This document shows, piece by piece, positions 49,647-58,823 of a DNA stretch of 64,000 nucleotides. Positions within the stretch are counted from its first letter, which is position 1. Each line of letters starts with the position of its first letter. The notes beneath the pieces were generated by a model. That model was given only the letters and a program-made list of their open reading frames with translations, was not told where the DNA came from and ran no database searches. The position numbers were made by a program, and so were the translations under genes. Source of the stretch: Bacteroidota bacterium (GTDB taxonomy: Bacteria > Bacteroidota > Bacteroidia > NS11-12g > UBA955); NCBI GenBank assembly GCA_016868535.1, contig VGGQ01000001.1, forward strand, positions 16,567 to 80,566. Reading direction: 5' to 3'.

Positions 49647-50585
49647 ATGACCAAAAAAATCAAATTCATTGAAGCAGCCTTTGAAATGGGTGCAGCAACA
49701 CCCGGAGCCAAGCTGGGGCCCGGGGCTCTAAGTGAAGCGATTTTAAATGCCAGCCCCGCTCTGCTGAATGGTGCTGAAAAAGAGACTCTTCTTCAGGACA
49801 ACCCAATTACCATTACTTTCAACAATACCCCTTTTGCTTTTCACATTCATGCAATTTACCGGTCAGTGAACCTGTTGGCTGCATCGGTGGAAAAAGCCCT
49901 TTCAGAAAACTATTTCCCCGTGGTATTCAGCGGAGATCACAGCAACGCCATCGGAACCGTCACAGGAATTACAGATGCCTGCCCCGATAAAAAAATTGGT
50001 GTTTTCTGGGTTGATGCTCACCTTGACCTGCATTCTCCCTATACCACACCATCCGGTAATATGCATGGCATGGCAGTAAAAGCACTTTTGCCCGATAACA
50101 TCAGTAATTACCAAAAGAACGAACTTAATCCTGAAACTATCACCTTCTGGAGCAAGATTAAAAAATCAGGCCGCAGGGAATTAACCCCGAAAATATTGCC
50201 TCAACATATTGTTTTCATTGGTACACGCGACTATGAGGAGGAAGAGTGGGCACTGGTAAAGACGCTCAATATCAGGATTTATACACCCGATGATATCCGT
50301 AAAAAAGGCATGCAGCAAATTCTGAATGAAAGCCTGGAATACCTGCAAGACTGCGACATGCTGTATACCAGTTTTGATGTTGACTCAATGGATCCCTCGA
50401 TTTCTGCTGGAACCGGAACTCCTTCACCCGATGGCCTAAGCTACAATGATGCCGAACTGGTTTTTAAAATATTATTGCCACACCCAAAAACCGTGGCATT
50501 TGAAATCAGTGAAATAAATCCTTTACTAGACAACGATCACTCCATGCCCAAAGCCGTTGCTCAGCTGCTGGCCTCGGCTTTGTAG
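49647..50585 (+). CDS. rocF: Arginase
   Basis: GDHS, DAHLDLH, TPSGNMHGM, SFDVDSMDP, GTGTP, EINPLLD; TACTTTTG -7 element at 49615-49622. Confidence 0.9.
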   Translation: MTKKIKFIEAAFEMGAATPGAKLGPGALSEAILNASPALLNGAEKETLLQDNPITITFNNTPFAFHIHAIYRSVNLLAASVEKALSENYFPVVFSGDHSNAIGTVTGITDACPDKKIGVFWVDAHLDLHSPYTTPSGNMHGMAVKALLPDNISNYQKNELNPETITFWSKIKKSGRRELTPKILPQHIVFIGTRDYEEEEWALVKTLNIRIYTPDDIRKKGMQQILNESLEYLQDCDMLYTSFDVDSMDPSISAGTGTPSPDGLSYNDAELVFKILLPHPKTVAFEISEINPLLDNDHSMPKAVAQLLASAL

Positions 50586-51574
50586 TTTTCCAGCAACCAA
50601 GTCATGGTGTCTGTATGGTCCGCGTAGTCGGCCAATCCTGGGTGTTGGGCTTTGCCAAAATTCACATTTGATTGAACTCCCGTAACAACCTGAATACGGG
50701 GCTCATTTTGCCCAATATATTGACTTACATCCTCCAATGTGTCATAAAAATGATACCCTACCATACCTACGGGTGCATAAACGTCATTGGTTTCCTTTAG
50801 AATCAAAAACCCATTATCCAGGTGTTTGTTCAGATTCATCAGTAATATAGCCCTGTGATAATGATAATTGTTGGCGTATTTGTGGTGGTGAATCAAACCG
50901 GCATAAGGTTCCCAGGCATGAAATAGCCGTACCATATCAAAATTGCGAGGTAAAAGCAAATGCGTCACATTGCGGCATCCCCGCCCGAAATAGGTAAAGA
51001 TATCTTCCCCAAGTGCCGTCAGCTCCGCCTCTGTAGTTTCCTGAGCCACAACAGCAACACTGTTTCTGTGTCCGCGCAACAAATGGGGAATTTGCCTGAA
51101 ATAATATTCAAAGTAACGTCCGCTGTTATTGCTTCCCGTGGCGATAGCGGCATCCAAACCTTTAAAATTATCGGAAAATTCAATTCTATCAGCTAATTCA
51201 GGATTGTCAGATACCCAACCTTTAACCAGGTAATTCATCAGCACTTCATCATCAGAACTGGGTTTAATCCTAACCCTGCGACCGCACATAATGCCGCAAA
51301 GAAGGTCGTGCAAGCCTACGAAAGGGATATTCCCGGCCATGATTATGCCAAGTGTTTGCGAAGAAAACCTGGCCGGAAGCGGATATTTCGATAACCAAAT
51401 TTCCGAATCAATTTCTAGTGCTGCAATCCAGGCGTTGATACTTTTTGTAATATTGTCCTGTGTGAACCAAGAGTTTTTAATTTCCGCTTCGCGCTTTTTT
51501 TGCTGCCAAGTGGCATCTGCTTCATGTTTTTCCATGAATTTTTGAAGCGAATTAAGCCACAACCTTTGCTGCAT
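50561..51574 (-). CDS. Acyl-CoA reductase (LuxC-like)
   Basis: N.WFT, IMAGNIPFVGLHD, IATGSNNS.RYFEYYF, YFGRGCRNV, FGKAQ.P.L.DYAD. Confidence 0.9.
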   Translation of the reverse strand: MQQRLWLNSLQKFMEKHEADATWQQKKREAEIKNSWFTQDNITKSINAWIAALEIDSEIWLSKYPLPARFSSQTLGIIMAGNIPFVGLHDLLCGIMCGRRVRIKPSSDDEVLMNYLVKGWVSDNPELADRIEFSDNFKGLDAAIATGSNNSGRYFEYYFRQIPHLLRGHRNSVAVVAQETTEAELTALGEDIFTYFGRGCRNVTHLLLPRNFDMVRLFHAWEPYAGLIHHHKYANNYHYHRAILLMNLNKHLDNGFLILKETNDVYAPVGMVGYHFYDTLEDVSQYIGQNEPRIQVVTGVQSNVNFGKAQHPGLADYADHTDTMTWLLENYKAEASS

Positions 51575-51578
51575 GGGT

Positions 51579-51586
51579 CAAAGATA
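51579..51586 (-). promoter_or_regulatory. -7 element (TATCTTTG) 4 nt before the acyl-CoA reductase ATG
   Basis: Exact TAnnTTTG match. Confidence 0.55.
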
Positions 51587-51654
51587 CCCGTTTTCAGAAG
51601 GTCAACAGAAAAATAAGAATAAATTTGATGCTTTGTATTGTATACGGCTGCTTG

Positions 51655-51662
51655 TAAATTTG
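51655..51662 (+). promoter_or_regulatory. -7 element (TAAATTTG) 4 nt before ATG 51667
   Basis: Exact TAnnTTTG match. Confidence 0.55.
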
Positions 51663-51666
51663 CCAA

Positions 51667-52395
51667 ATGCCTAATCGTTTGTTTATTGTTTTCTCTGTTT
51701 TGCTTTTAAGCTTTCACAGTCTTTGCGCTCAGGATGACAAAAAAGATCCACGGCTGATGCTGGGATTCAACGCAGGCGCCAATTTCAGTCGGACGGCAAA
51801 CAGCGATACCTTTCCTGCAAATTTCACCAAACGCAACCGCCTTGGAATTGCCTTGGGACTGAATGGCGTGCACGACATAAGCAGCAATGCGGGTATTGCC
51901 TTTGGGGTCAATTTTGTGCAGAAAGGATATAAATTGAACAATGACACCCTTCCTGCCAATCCGGACATTGTAAGAAAATTCTGTAGCATCAATGTGCCGC
52001 TGGGACTGCATTTCAGACAGCAATTCAATGCGCAGAACTTTATTACCGAAAAATTTGGGGTTGTAGCCAATTTTAATTTGCGCGGAGACAGTGCTTCGCT
52101 AACAAACAACGACAAAAACTCGGCATTCCGCATCAATGAATACAGCGTACGGAATTTCTATCCCATGTTCTATCTGGGTTTTGCCATGGGCGGAACTTCC
52201 GAAAACAATAACCGCTATGAGTTTGGAATTACCTACACACAATCACTCAGCAACGATGCAACATTGATAGTTTCGCACAGCGATGGTTTAAAAAAACAGT
52301 TTCCGCTAAATTACCGCGGAGGCTTTCTGCATATTGGTTTCAGCTACTACTTCAACCTCAGCAATTTCAAAAAATCGAGCGGGTATTTTTATTGA
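51667..52395 (+). CDS. Porin-family outer-membrane beta-barrel protein
   Basis: Signal peptide (LCA-Q), LGFNAGANFS, FVQKG, INVPL, alternating strands ending IGFSYYF. Confidence 0.78.
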   Translation: MPNRLFIVFSVLLLSFHSLCAQDDKKDPRLMLGFNAGANFSRTANSDTFPANFTKRNRLGIALGLNGVHDISSNAGIAFGVNFVQKGYKLNNDTLPANPDIVRKFCSINVPLGLHFRQQFNAQNFITEKFGVVANFNLRGDSASLTNNDKNSAFRINEYSVRNFYPMFYLGFAMGGTSENNNRYEFGITYTQSLSNDATLIVSHSDGLKKQFPLNYRGGFLHIGFSYYFNLSNFKKSSGYFY

Positions 52396-52396
52396 T

Positions 52397-53227
52397 TTAC
52401 CCCAGCCCCACATCCAGGGCCATCATCAGCACGAAGCCGAAAATTAGTCCCAGTGTAGCTTTATCCGTGTGCCCGTCGCGCTGGGTTTCTGGTATTACTT
52501 CCTCCACTACCACATAAATCATGGCACCGGCGGCAAATGCAAGAAGATAGGGCAATAAAAGCGCCGCCACCATTACCAGCGCCACACCCAAAACACCGGC
52601 CACCGGCTCTACCACACCACTTAATTGCCCCCAAAGAAATGATTTGGTGCGGCTCATGCCAAATCGTCTTAATGGAATAGCCACGGCCAGGCCTTCGGGA
52701 AAATCCTGAATACCAATACCAATGGCAAGCGCAATAGCACCTGCCATATCGGCTCCGGGCAAACCCTCTGCCACCGCACCAAACGCCACACCCACTGCAA
52801 GTCCTTCGGGGATATTGTGCAGCGTGATGGCCAAAACCAGCAAAACCGTACGGTTCCAGACGGTCTTCACACCTTCCCTTTTTTCCAGGGGCTGATGAAT
52901 GTGCAGGTGCGGCAGTAACTGATCAAGTCCGAAAATAAAAAATGCGCCCAATAGAAAACCAATGGCCACAGGCACCCAGGCCCATTGTGCCGACCAATTC
53001 GACTCTGCCATGGCTATAGCAGGATTCAGAAGGCTCCAGAAACTAGCCGCCAGCATTACACCACCGGTAAATCCCAGCATGGTGTCCATAAATCCACGGC
53101 GAATATCTTTCATAAAAAAGACGAAAGAGGCTCCAATTGCTGTTACCAGCCAGGTAAATCCTGTGGCTACCAGCCCCTGCATAAGCGGATGCATTCCATT
53201 AAAAAATTCAATCAGTGTCTGCATCAT
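52397..53227 (-). CDS. ZIP family (ZupT/GufA) metal transporter
   Basis: GVMLAASFWSLL, HLH loop, LHNIPEGLAVG, IQDFPEG, EEVIPE. Confidence 0.95.
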   Translation of the reverse strand: MMQTLIEFFNGMHPLMQGLVATGFTWLVTAIGASFVFFMKDIRRGFMDTMLGFTGGVMLAASFWSLLNPAIAMAESNWSAQWAWVPVAIGFLLGAFFIFGLDQLLPHLHIHQPLEKREGVKTVWNRTVLLVLAITLHNIPEGLAVGVAFGAVAEGLPGADMAGAIALAIGIGIQDFPEGLAVAIPLRRFGMSRTKSFLWGQLSGVVEPVAGVLGVALVMVAALLLPYLLAFAAGAMIYVVVEEVIPETQRDGHTDKATLGLIFGFVLMMALDVGLG

Positions 53228-53232
53228 GGCCT

Positions 53233-53406
53233 TTAATCCTCAAATCTCTCAAACTGCTTGTTATGGGTTTTAGCCGCTGATTCTTTATTCTTAAATACCT
53301 TCAAAAAGAAGTAAATAGCCACAAACACCAGAGTGGTGATGACCACTTCCCAAAGAAAAAACTCATTTTTAAAAGCCTGAACAGAAATGGCAGTGGTATC
53401 TTTCAT
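53233..53406 (-). CDS. Small single-TM hypothetical protein (57 aa)
   Basis: TM segment plus charged tail; TATTTTTG -7 element at 53412-53419; 5-nt gap to the ZIP gene. Confidence 0.6.
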   Translation of the reverse strand: MKDTTAISVQAFKNEFFLWEVVITTLVFVAIYFFLKVFKNKESAAKTHNKQFERFED

Positions 53407-53480
53407 TGATACAAAAATAGATAACATATATCAAACGCGGTTACAAAAAAATCAAGTGGCTGATGTAAATTGCGGGCACC

Positions 53481-54851
53481 ATGAGTCAGGTAGCCTACAT
53501 TGAACAAAACAAAGACCGTTTTTTACAGGAACTTTTTGATTTACTGCGCATTCCTAGTATTTCGGCAGACAGTGCATTTGCCGGAAATGTGAGAAAATGC
53601 GCCGAATCTGTTGCCAAGTATTTACGCAGTGCAGGGGCAGATAATGTGAGCATAGAGGAAACTGCAGGACATCCCATTGTATATGGCGAAAAAATGGTTA
53701 ATCCGACCTGGCCCACCGTTTTGATATACGGACACTACGACGTGCAGCCTTCGGCACCTGATGAACTATGGACCACACCTGCCTTTGAGCCTAATGTACG
53801 CGACGGAAAAATTTACGCCCGAGGCGCCGCCGATGACAAAGGGCAGTTTTTCATGCATGTAAAGGCATTTGAAACCATGATGAAAACCAATAGCCTTTGC
53901 TGCAACGTAAAATTCATGATTGAAGGGGAAGAAGAAGTAGGGAGCGGTAATCTGGGGCCATTTTGTATAAACAACCGCGAAAAACTGAAAGCCGATGTAA
54001 TCCTCATCAGCGACACATCCATGGTGGCTAATGATGTTCCCAGTATTGACGTGGGACTTCGTGGATTGTCTTATGTGGAAGTAGAAGTTACCGGACCTAA
54101 CCGCGATCTTCATAGCGGCGTTTACGGCGGTGCTGTGGCCAACCCCATTAATGCGCTGTGCAGCATGATTGCCAGCATGCACGATGAAAACCGGCATATT
54201 ACCATTCCCGGATTTTACAACAATGTGTTGGAAACATCTGCGGAAGACAGAGAGAACATGTCGCGCATTCCTTTTGATATCGAAGAATATAAAAAAGACC
54301 TGAACGTAAATGATGTTCTCGGAGAAAAAGGTTTTAGCACCATAGAAAGAACCGGTATCAGACCCACACTGGACGTGAACGGCATCTGGGGCGGATATAC
54401 AGGTGAAGGAAGTAAAACCGTATTGCCTTCCAAGGCATACGCCAAAATCAGTATGCGCCTGGTTCCCAACCAAAGCAGTGAAGTCATTACCGAATTGTTC
54501 AAAAACCATTTCGAGAGCATTGCACCTCCGGGCATTAAAGTGGAAGTGAGACCACACCATGGCGGTGAGCCGGTTTTGACACCCACCGACAGCATCGCCT
54601 ACAAGGCGGCAGCATCTGCCATGAAAGACACCTTTGGGAAAGATCCGATCCCTACCCGTGGCGGCGGCAGCATTCCCATTGTGGCTTTGTTTGAAAAAGA
54701 ACTGAAAACCAAAGTGGTGCTTATGGGATATGGGCTTGATAGTGACGCACTGCACTCTCCCAATGAGCATTACGGTATTTTCAATTACTTTAAAGGTATT
54801 GAAACGATTCCACGTTTCTTCCATCACTTTTCGAAATTAAACAAATCCTGA
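53481..54851 (+). CDS. M20/M25/M40 family dipeptidase
   Basis: YGHYDVQP, ARGAADDKGQ, EGEEEVGS, DLHSG, GGSIP, HSPNE. Confidence 0.95.
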   Translation: MSQVAYIEQNKDRFLQELFDLLRIPSISADSAFAGNVRKCAESVAKYLRSAGADNVSIEETAGHPIVYGEKMVNPTWPTVLIYGHYDVQPSAPDELWTTPAFEPNVRDGKIYARGAADDKGQFFMHVKAFETMMKTNSLCCNVKFMIEGEEEVGSGNLGPFCINNREKLKADVILISDTSMVANDVPSIDVGLRGLSYVEVEVTGPNRDLHSGVYGGAVANPINALCSMIASMHDENRHITIPGFYNNVLETSAEDRENMSRIPFDIEEYKKDLNVNDVLGEKGFSTIERTGIRPTLDVNGIWGGYTGEGSKTVLPSKAYAKISMRLVPNQSSEVITELFKNHFESIAPPGIKVEVRPHHGGEPVLTPTDSIAYKAAASAMKDTFGKDPIPTRGGGSIPIVALFEKELKTKVVLMGYGLDSDALHSPNEHYGIFNYFKGIETIPRFFHHFSKLNKS

Positions 54852-54861
54852 AAACAGATAC

Positions 54862-57090
54862 ATGCCACTGCTGGAAGGCGAAACCTTTGAGATTTACAGA
54901 TCCGAACTGCTGAAGCGGTACAGGCATCTGCTGCGATCACTGGGAAAGGATGTATCCAAAGAAAAACTGAATAAGGTTCGTGATGCATTTGATCTGGCCG
55001 CACGTTCGCACGAAGGCATGGTGCGCAAAAGCGGTGAGCCTTACATTTTTCATCCGCTTGCCGTAGCGCAAATTGCTGTAAGCGAACTGGGCCTTGGACC
55101 TACAAGCGTTATCTGCGCGCTGCTGCACGATGTAGTTGAAGACACTGAGATCACCCTAGATGACATTGAGCATCGATTTGGCCTCAATGTAGCTTCCATT
55201 ATTGATGGATTAACCAAAATTAGTACGGTTTTTGACAACGTTGACAAAGACCATAGTATTCAGGCAGAGAATTTTAAAAAAATGCTGCTTACCCTGGGCG
55301 AAGACCTGAGGGTAATACTCATTAAACTCTGCGACAGGCTGCACAATATGCGAACTCTGGGTTCAGTGAGTGAAAACACCAAACTAAAAATCGCCTCCGA
55401 AACCAATTTCATTTACGCTCCCCTCGCACATCGACTGGGCTTGAACGCCATTAAAACGGAAATGGAAGACCTGGCCCTGAAATTCACAGAGCCTGAGCTT
55501 TACAGAGAGATTTCCCAAAAACTGGCAGAAACAAAATTGTCGCGACAGCGCTACATACGCGAATTCATAGAACCCCTTCGTTCCAAATTGGATAATACGG
55601 ACATGAAAATCGTGGAGATAAAGGGCAGGCCTAAAAGCATTTACGGCATTGCCCGAAAGATAAAAGTGCAGCAAATCCCGTTCGAAGAAGTTTATGATGT
55701 CTTCGCCATCCGCGTGATTATTGATTCTCCCCTGTTTTTGGAAAAAGCCGATTGCTGGAAAGTGTATTCAATTATAACCGATCAGTATCGCAGCCATGCC
55801 AACAGGCTCCGCGACTGGCTAAGCCAGCCAAAAAGCAACGGTTATGAAGCATTACATGCCACAGTGCTGGGACCAAAAGGGCGCTGGGTTGAAATTCAAA
55901 TACGAAGTAAACGTATGGATAATGTGGCAGAACGCGGTCTTGCTGCCCACTGGCGTTATAAAGAAGGCAGTACCAACAGCACACCCCAGCATCAGGCCTT
56001 TGAAAACTGGTTATCCAACGTAAAAGATACCTTAGAAAACCAGGATTTAAGTGCGCTAGAGCTGGTTAGCGAATTTCGGTTCAGTCTGCTTGGTGAAGAA
56101 ATTTACCTTTTCACACCCAGAGGCGATGTAAAGAATTTACCGCTCGGCAGCACCGCACTGGATTTTGCCTTTGCCGTGCACAGTCAGGTGGGATTACATA
56201 CCATCGGGGCCAAGGTCAACAACAAACTTGTTCCGATAAGCCATGTATTAAAAAACGGCGATATCGTGGAAATTCTGACCACCCAAAAGCCCCGCGCCAA
56301 TGCCGGCTGGCTTGATCTGGTAAAAACAGGCAAAGCCCGCGGCAAAATCAGGGAATTCCTGAAAATGGAGAAAAGCAAACTGGCGAGTATAGGCAAGGAA
56401 ATGGTAGAGCGCAAACTTAAAAGCCAGGAAGAATTAATTTCCGAAAAAAACATCAGTTTAATGATGCGTTACTTCCAAACCGCGACTGCTGCAGAGTTCT
56501 ACCACAAGGTAGCCAACGGCGATATCAAGGTTGAAAAACTCATTATTAAAGATATTGCGGCAAAAAAATCTACTACAAAAACTGCGGAGGTACAGGAAAA
56601 GCCTGCTGCTTCCAGAAAAAAACAGAAGGTTAAAGGACAAATCGTTATAGGCGATGACTTTGAAATGTCGTACCAGCTTGCCAAATGCTGCAATCCCCTT
56701 CCCGGCGATCCTATTTTTGGATTTATCACTGTAGGAGAAGGCGTTAAGATTCACCGTACATCCTGCCCCAACGCACAGCGCCTGATGAGCCAGTATGGCT
56801 ACCGCATCATTACTGCATCTTGGCGAAGCGAGGGATATGAGAAACCATTTGAAGCCGTATTGTCTGTGAGTGGTATTGACGATGTAGGGATTGTCAGTAA
56901 AATTACCGATATCATTTCCAAGAATATGGAGGTGAATATGCGAAGCATAAATATTCAAGCCAATGAAGCAGAAGGAACCTTCGAGGGTCGGCTCGAAGTT
57001 TTCCTCCAAAGCAAGGCCCACCTTGATCTGCTTATGCAGAAAATTCAAGGTACACACCAGTATATTCAGGTGAAGCGACTGGACGCCTAA
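54862..57090 (+). CDS. spoT: Bifunctional RelA/SpoT (p)ppGpp synthetase/hydrolase
   Basis: RKSGEPYIFHP, LLHDVVEDT (intact HD), DRLHNMRTL, GRPKS, EIQIR, TGS, CC zinc-finger and ACT domains. Confidence 0.93.
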   Translation: MPLLEGETFEIYRSELLKRYRHLLRSLGKDVSKEKLNKVRDAFDLAARSHEGMVRKSGEPYIFHPLAVAQIAVSELGLGPTSVICALLHDVVEDTEITLDDIEHRFGLNVASIIDGLTKISTVFDNVDKDHSIQAENFKKMLLTLGEDLRVILIKLCDRLHNMRTLGSVSENTKLKIASETNFIYAPLAHRLGLNAIKTEMEDLALKFTEPELYREISQKLAETKLSRQRYIREFIEPLRSKLDNTDMKIVEIKGRPKSIYGIARKIKVQQIPFEEVYDVFAIRVIIDSPLFLEKADCWKVYSIITDQYRSHANRLRDWLSQPKSNGYEALHATVLGPKGRWVEIQIRSKRMDNVAERGLAAHWRYKEGSTNSTPQHQAFENWLSNVKDTLENQDLSALELVSEFRFSLLGEEIYLFTPRGDVKNLPLGSTALDFAFAVHSQVGLHTIGAKVNNKLVPISHVLKNGDIVEILTTQKPRANAGWLDLVKTGKARGKIREFLKMEKSKLASIGKEMVERKLKSQEELISEKNISLMMRYFQTATAAEFYHKVANGDIKVEKLIIKDIAAKKSTTKTAEVQEKPAASRKKQKVKGQIVIGDDFEMSYQLAKCCNPLPGDPIFGFITVGEGVKIHRTSCPNAQRLMSQYGYRIITASWRSEGYEKPFEAVLSVSGIDDVGIVSKITDIISKNMEVNMRSINIQANEAEGTFEGRLEVFLQSKAHLDLLMQKIQGTHQYIQVKRLDA

Positions 57091-57147
57091 ACTACAATAT
57101 ACGCAATTTTATCGACAATAACAAATTATTTGAATACTTTTAATTCC

Positions 57148-57155
57148 TATATTTG
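57148..57155 (+). promoter_or_regulatory. -7 element (TATATTTG) for the SPFH-NfeD pair
   Basis: Exact TAnnTTTG 20 nt before the ATG. Confidence 0.55.
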
Positions 57156-57175
57156 AAATAACAATTCAAGAAGCT

Positions 57176-58105
57176 ATGAACATTTTCATTTACGTACTGG
57201 TAACGCTGGTTGTGCTCGTCATCCTGAGATCCATTAAAGTTATTCCACAGCAAAACGCATTTGTGATAGAAAGGCTGGGTAAATTCCATGAGGTTTTGCA
57301 ACCCGGTTTCAATATCATTATTCCCTTTTTTGACAAGGTTGCCTACAGGCATTCGCTGAAAGAAACAGCGATGGATATACCCGAGCAGATTTGCATTACC
57401 AAAGACAACGTGCAGGTAGCGGTAGATGGAGTGGTTTTCGCCCAGGTAATTGATCCTGCAAAGGCATCCTACGGTATTTCCAATTATCAGTTTGCCGTAA
57501 TTCAGCTGGCACAAACCACCATGCGCAGTGAAATCGGTAAAATTGACCTGGATAAAACGTTTGAAGAGCGCACAAACATAAACGGTGCCATCGTTTCAGC
57601 CATCGATGAGGCTTCTTCCGGCTGGGGTGTGAAAATTCTGCGTTATGAAATCAAAAACATTACCCCTCCAAAATCTGTGCTGAACGCCATGGAAAAGCAA
57701 ATGCAGGCGGAGCGTGAGAAACGTGCTGTTATTCTGACTTCGGAAGGTGAAAAGCAAAGTGCCATCAATCAGGCCGAAGGTCAGAAACAGAAAGTAGTTC
57801 TGGAATCTGAAGCCATGCGACAACAGCAAATTAATGAAGCGGAGGGTCAGTCTGCAGCAATTAAAGCAGTTGCCAGCGCTACGGCTGAAGGTATACGCAA
57901 GGTTGCAGCTGCCCTGCAGGAAAAAGGCGGTTTCGAGGCCGTACAGCTGCGTGTGGCCGAAAATCTGGTGGAACAGTACGGAAAACTAGCCAAAAGCACC
58001 AACACCATGATTTTACCTGCCAATTTTGCGGATATGGGATCCATGATTTCTGCCGCAATGGGCGTAATTAAACAACAAAACGATAACAGCAAAACCAAAT
58101 CATGA
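57176..58105 (+). CDS. SPFH/band 7 (QmcA/paraslipin-like) protein
   Basis: VIERLGKF, ITKDNV, QLAQTTMRSEIG, WGVKILRYEIK, MEKQMQAEREKRA. Confidence 0.95.
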   Translation: MNIFIYVLVTLVVLVILRSIKVIPQQNAFVIERLGKFHEVLQPGFNIIIPFFDKVAYRHSLKETAMDIPEQICITKDNVQVAVDGVVFAQVIDPAKASYGISNYQFAVIQLAQTTMRSEIGKIDLDKTFEERTNINGAIVSAIDEASSGWGVKILRYEIKNITPPKSVLNAMEKQMQAEREKRAVILTSEGEKQSAINQAEGQKQKVVLESEAMRQQQINEAEGQSAAIKAVASATAEGIRKVAAALQEKGGFEAVQLRVAENLVEQYGKLAKSTNTMILPANFADMGSMISAAMGVIKQQNDNSKTKS

Positions 58106-58533
58106 CTGCTGAAATTATGTGGGGAGCAGCCGGTTTACTGCTCATTCTGGCTGATGTAGCCTTTGGTACCTTCTTTGTTGTGTTTTTAGGAGCCGGCGCA
58201 CTGCTTACCGCAGCTATGCTTTGGATGGGTGTTCCAATGAATACAACCACTCAGTGGCTTACTTTCACGGTTGTTTCGGCCATGGGTGTTTTGTTGCTTC
58301 GCAAAAAAATGATACATTGGTTTGGCCCTTCTGATGAAGAGCGTTTTGAAGAGCACAAAGGCCAGACTGTTGTTGTAGTTGAAGATGTTGCTCCGGGTAA
58401 AACAGGAAAAATAAAATACCGCGGAACAGAGTGGCAGGGCGCCACAAACGGTGATGATGCGATTCAAGCAGGAGAAAATGCCCTGATTACGCACCTGGAC
58501 GGAATTGTTGTGTACATTCGCAAAAAACAATAA
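58102..58533 (+). CDS. NfeD family protein
   Basis: Three TM helices plus OB-fold GKIKYRGTEW; coupled to the SPFH gene. Confidence 0.9.
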   Translation: MTAEIMWGAAGLLLILADVAFGTFFVVFLGAGALLTAAMLWMGVPMNTTTQWLTFTVVSAMGVLLLRKKMIHWFGPSDEERFEEHKGQTVVVVEDVAPGKTGKIKYRGTEWQGATNGDDAIQAGENALITHLDGIVVYIRKKQ

Positions 58534-58534
58534 A

Positions 58535-58777
58535 ATGAATGCTGCACATCTGCACCTGATAACTAATCACTTGCCCCTTCTGGGGCTGTTCTTTTCTGCG
58601 CTGGCAATTGCCTGAGGTATTTACCGAAAATCCGTGAATAAGCTTTTGCTGGCGTTTTCCTTCACTTTGATTTCTGCCATCGGAGGCTGGCTGGATGAGA
58701 AAATAAGGCACAGCCAGAGGATACAAGCCGGGCCTTCGGCCACAGATGAGGCCGAAGAACGCGAAGAGTGCGAATAA
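58535..58777 (+). pseudogene. Remnant of an 'MNAAHLHL..NH.P' membrane protein (DUF2231-like)
   Basis: MNAAHLHLITNHLPLLG start, in-frame TGA at 58613, later KIRHS tail; only 80 codons. Confidence 0.7.
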
Positions 58778-58804
58778 AAAACGCACGCATGCGGGGCGTC
58801 TTTT
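58775..58804. terminator. Possible intrinsic terminator downstream of atpG
   Basis: Imperfect GC-rich hairpin (ACGC..CGC/GCG..GCGT) flanked by A6 and T4. Confidence 0.45.
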
Positions 58805-58823
58805 AAATAATTCTGTGTTAAGT

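Noticed and set aside
53766..54827. 353-aa antisense ORF
   Set aside because: Lies entirely opposite the well-supported M20 dipeptidase and has no recognisable motifs; a shadow ORF
58613..58615. In-frame TGA as selenocysteine or recoded Trp
   Set aside because: TGA is used as a normal stop by many genes in this window, no SECIS-like hairpin is evident, and the gene also appears internally deleted
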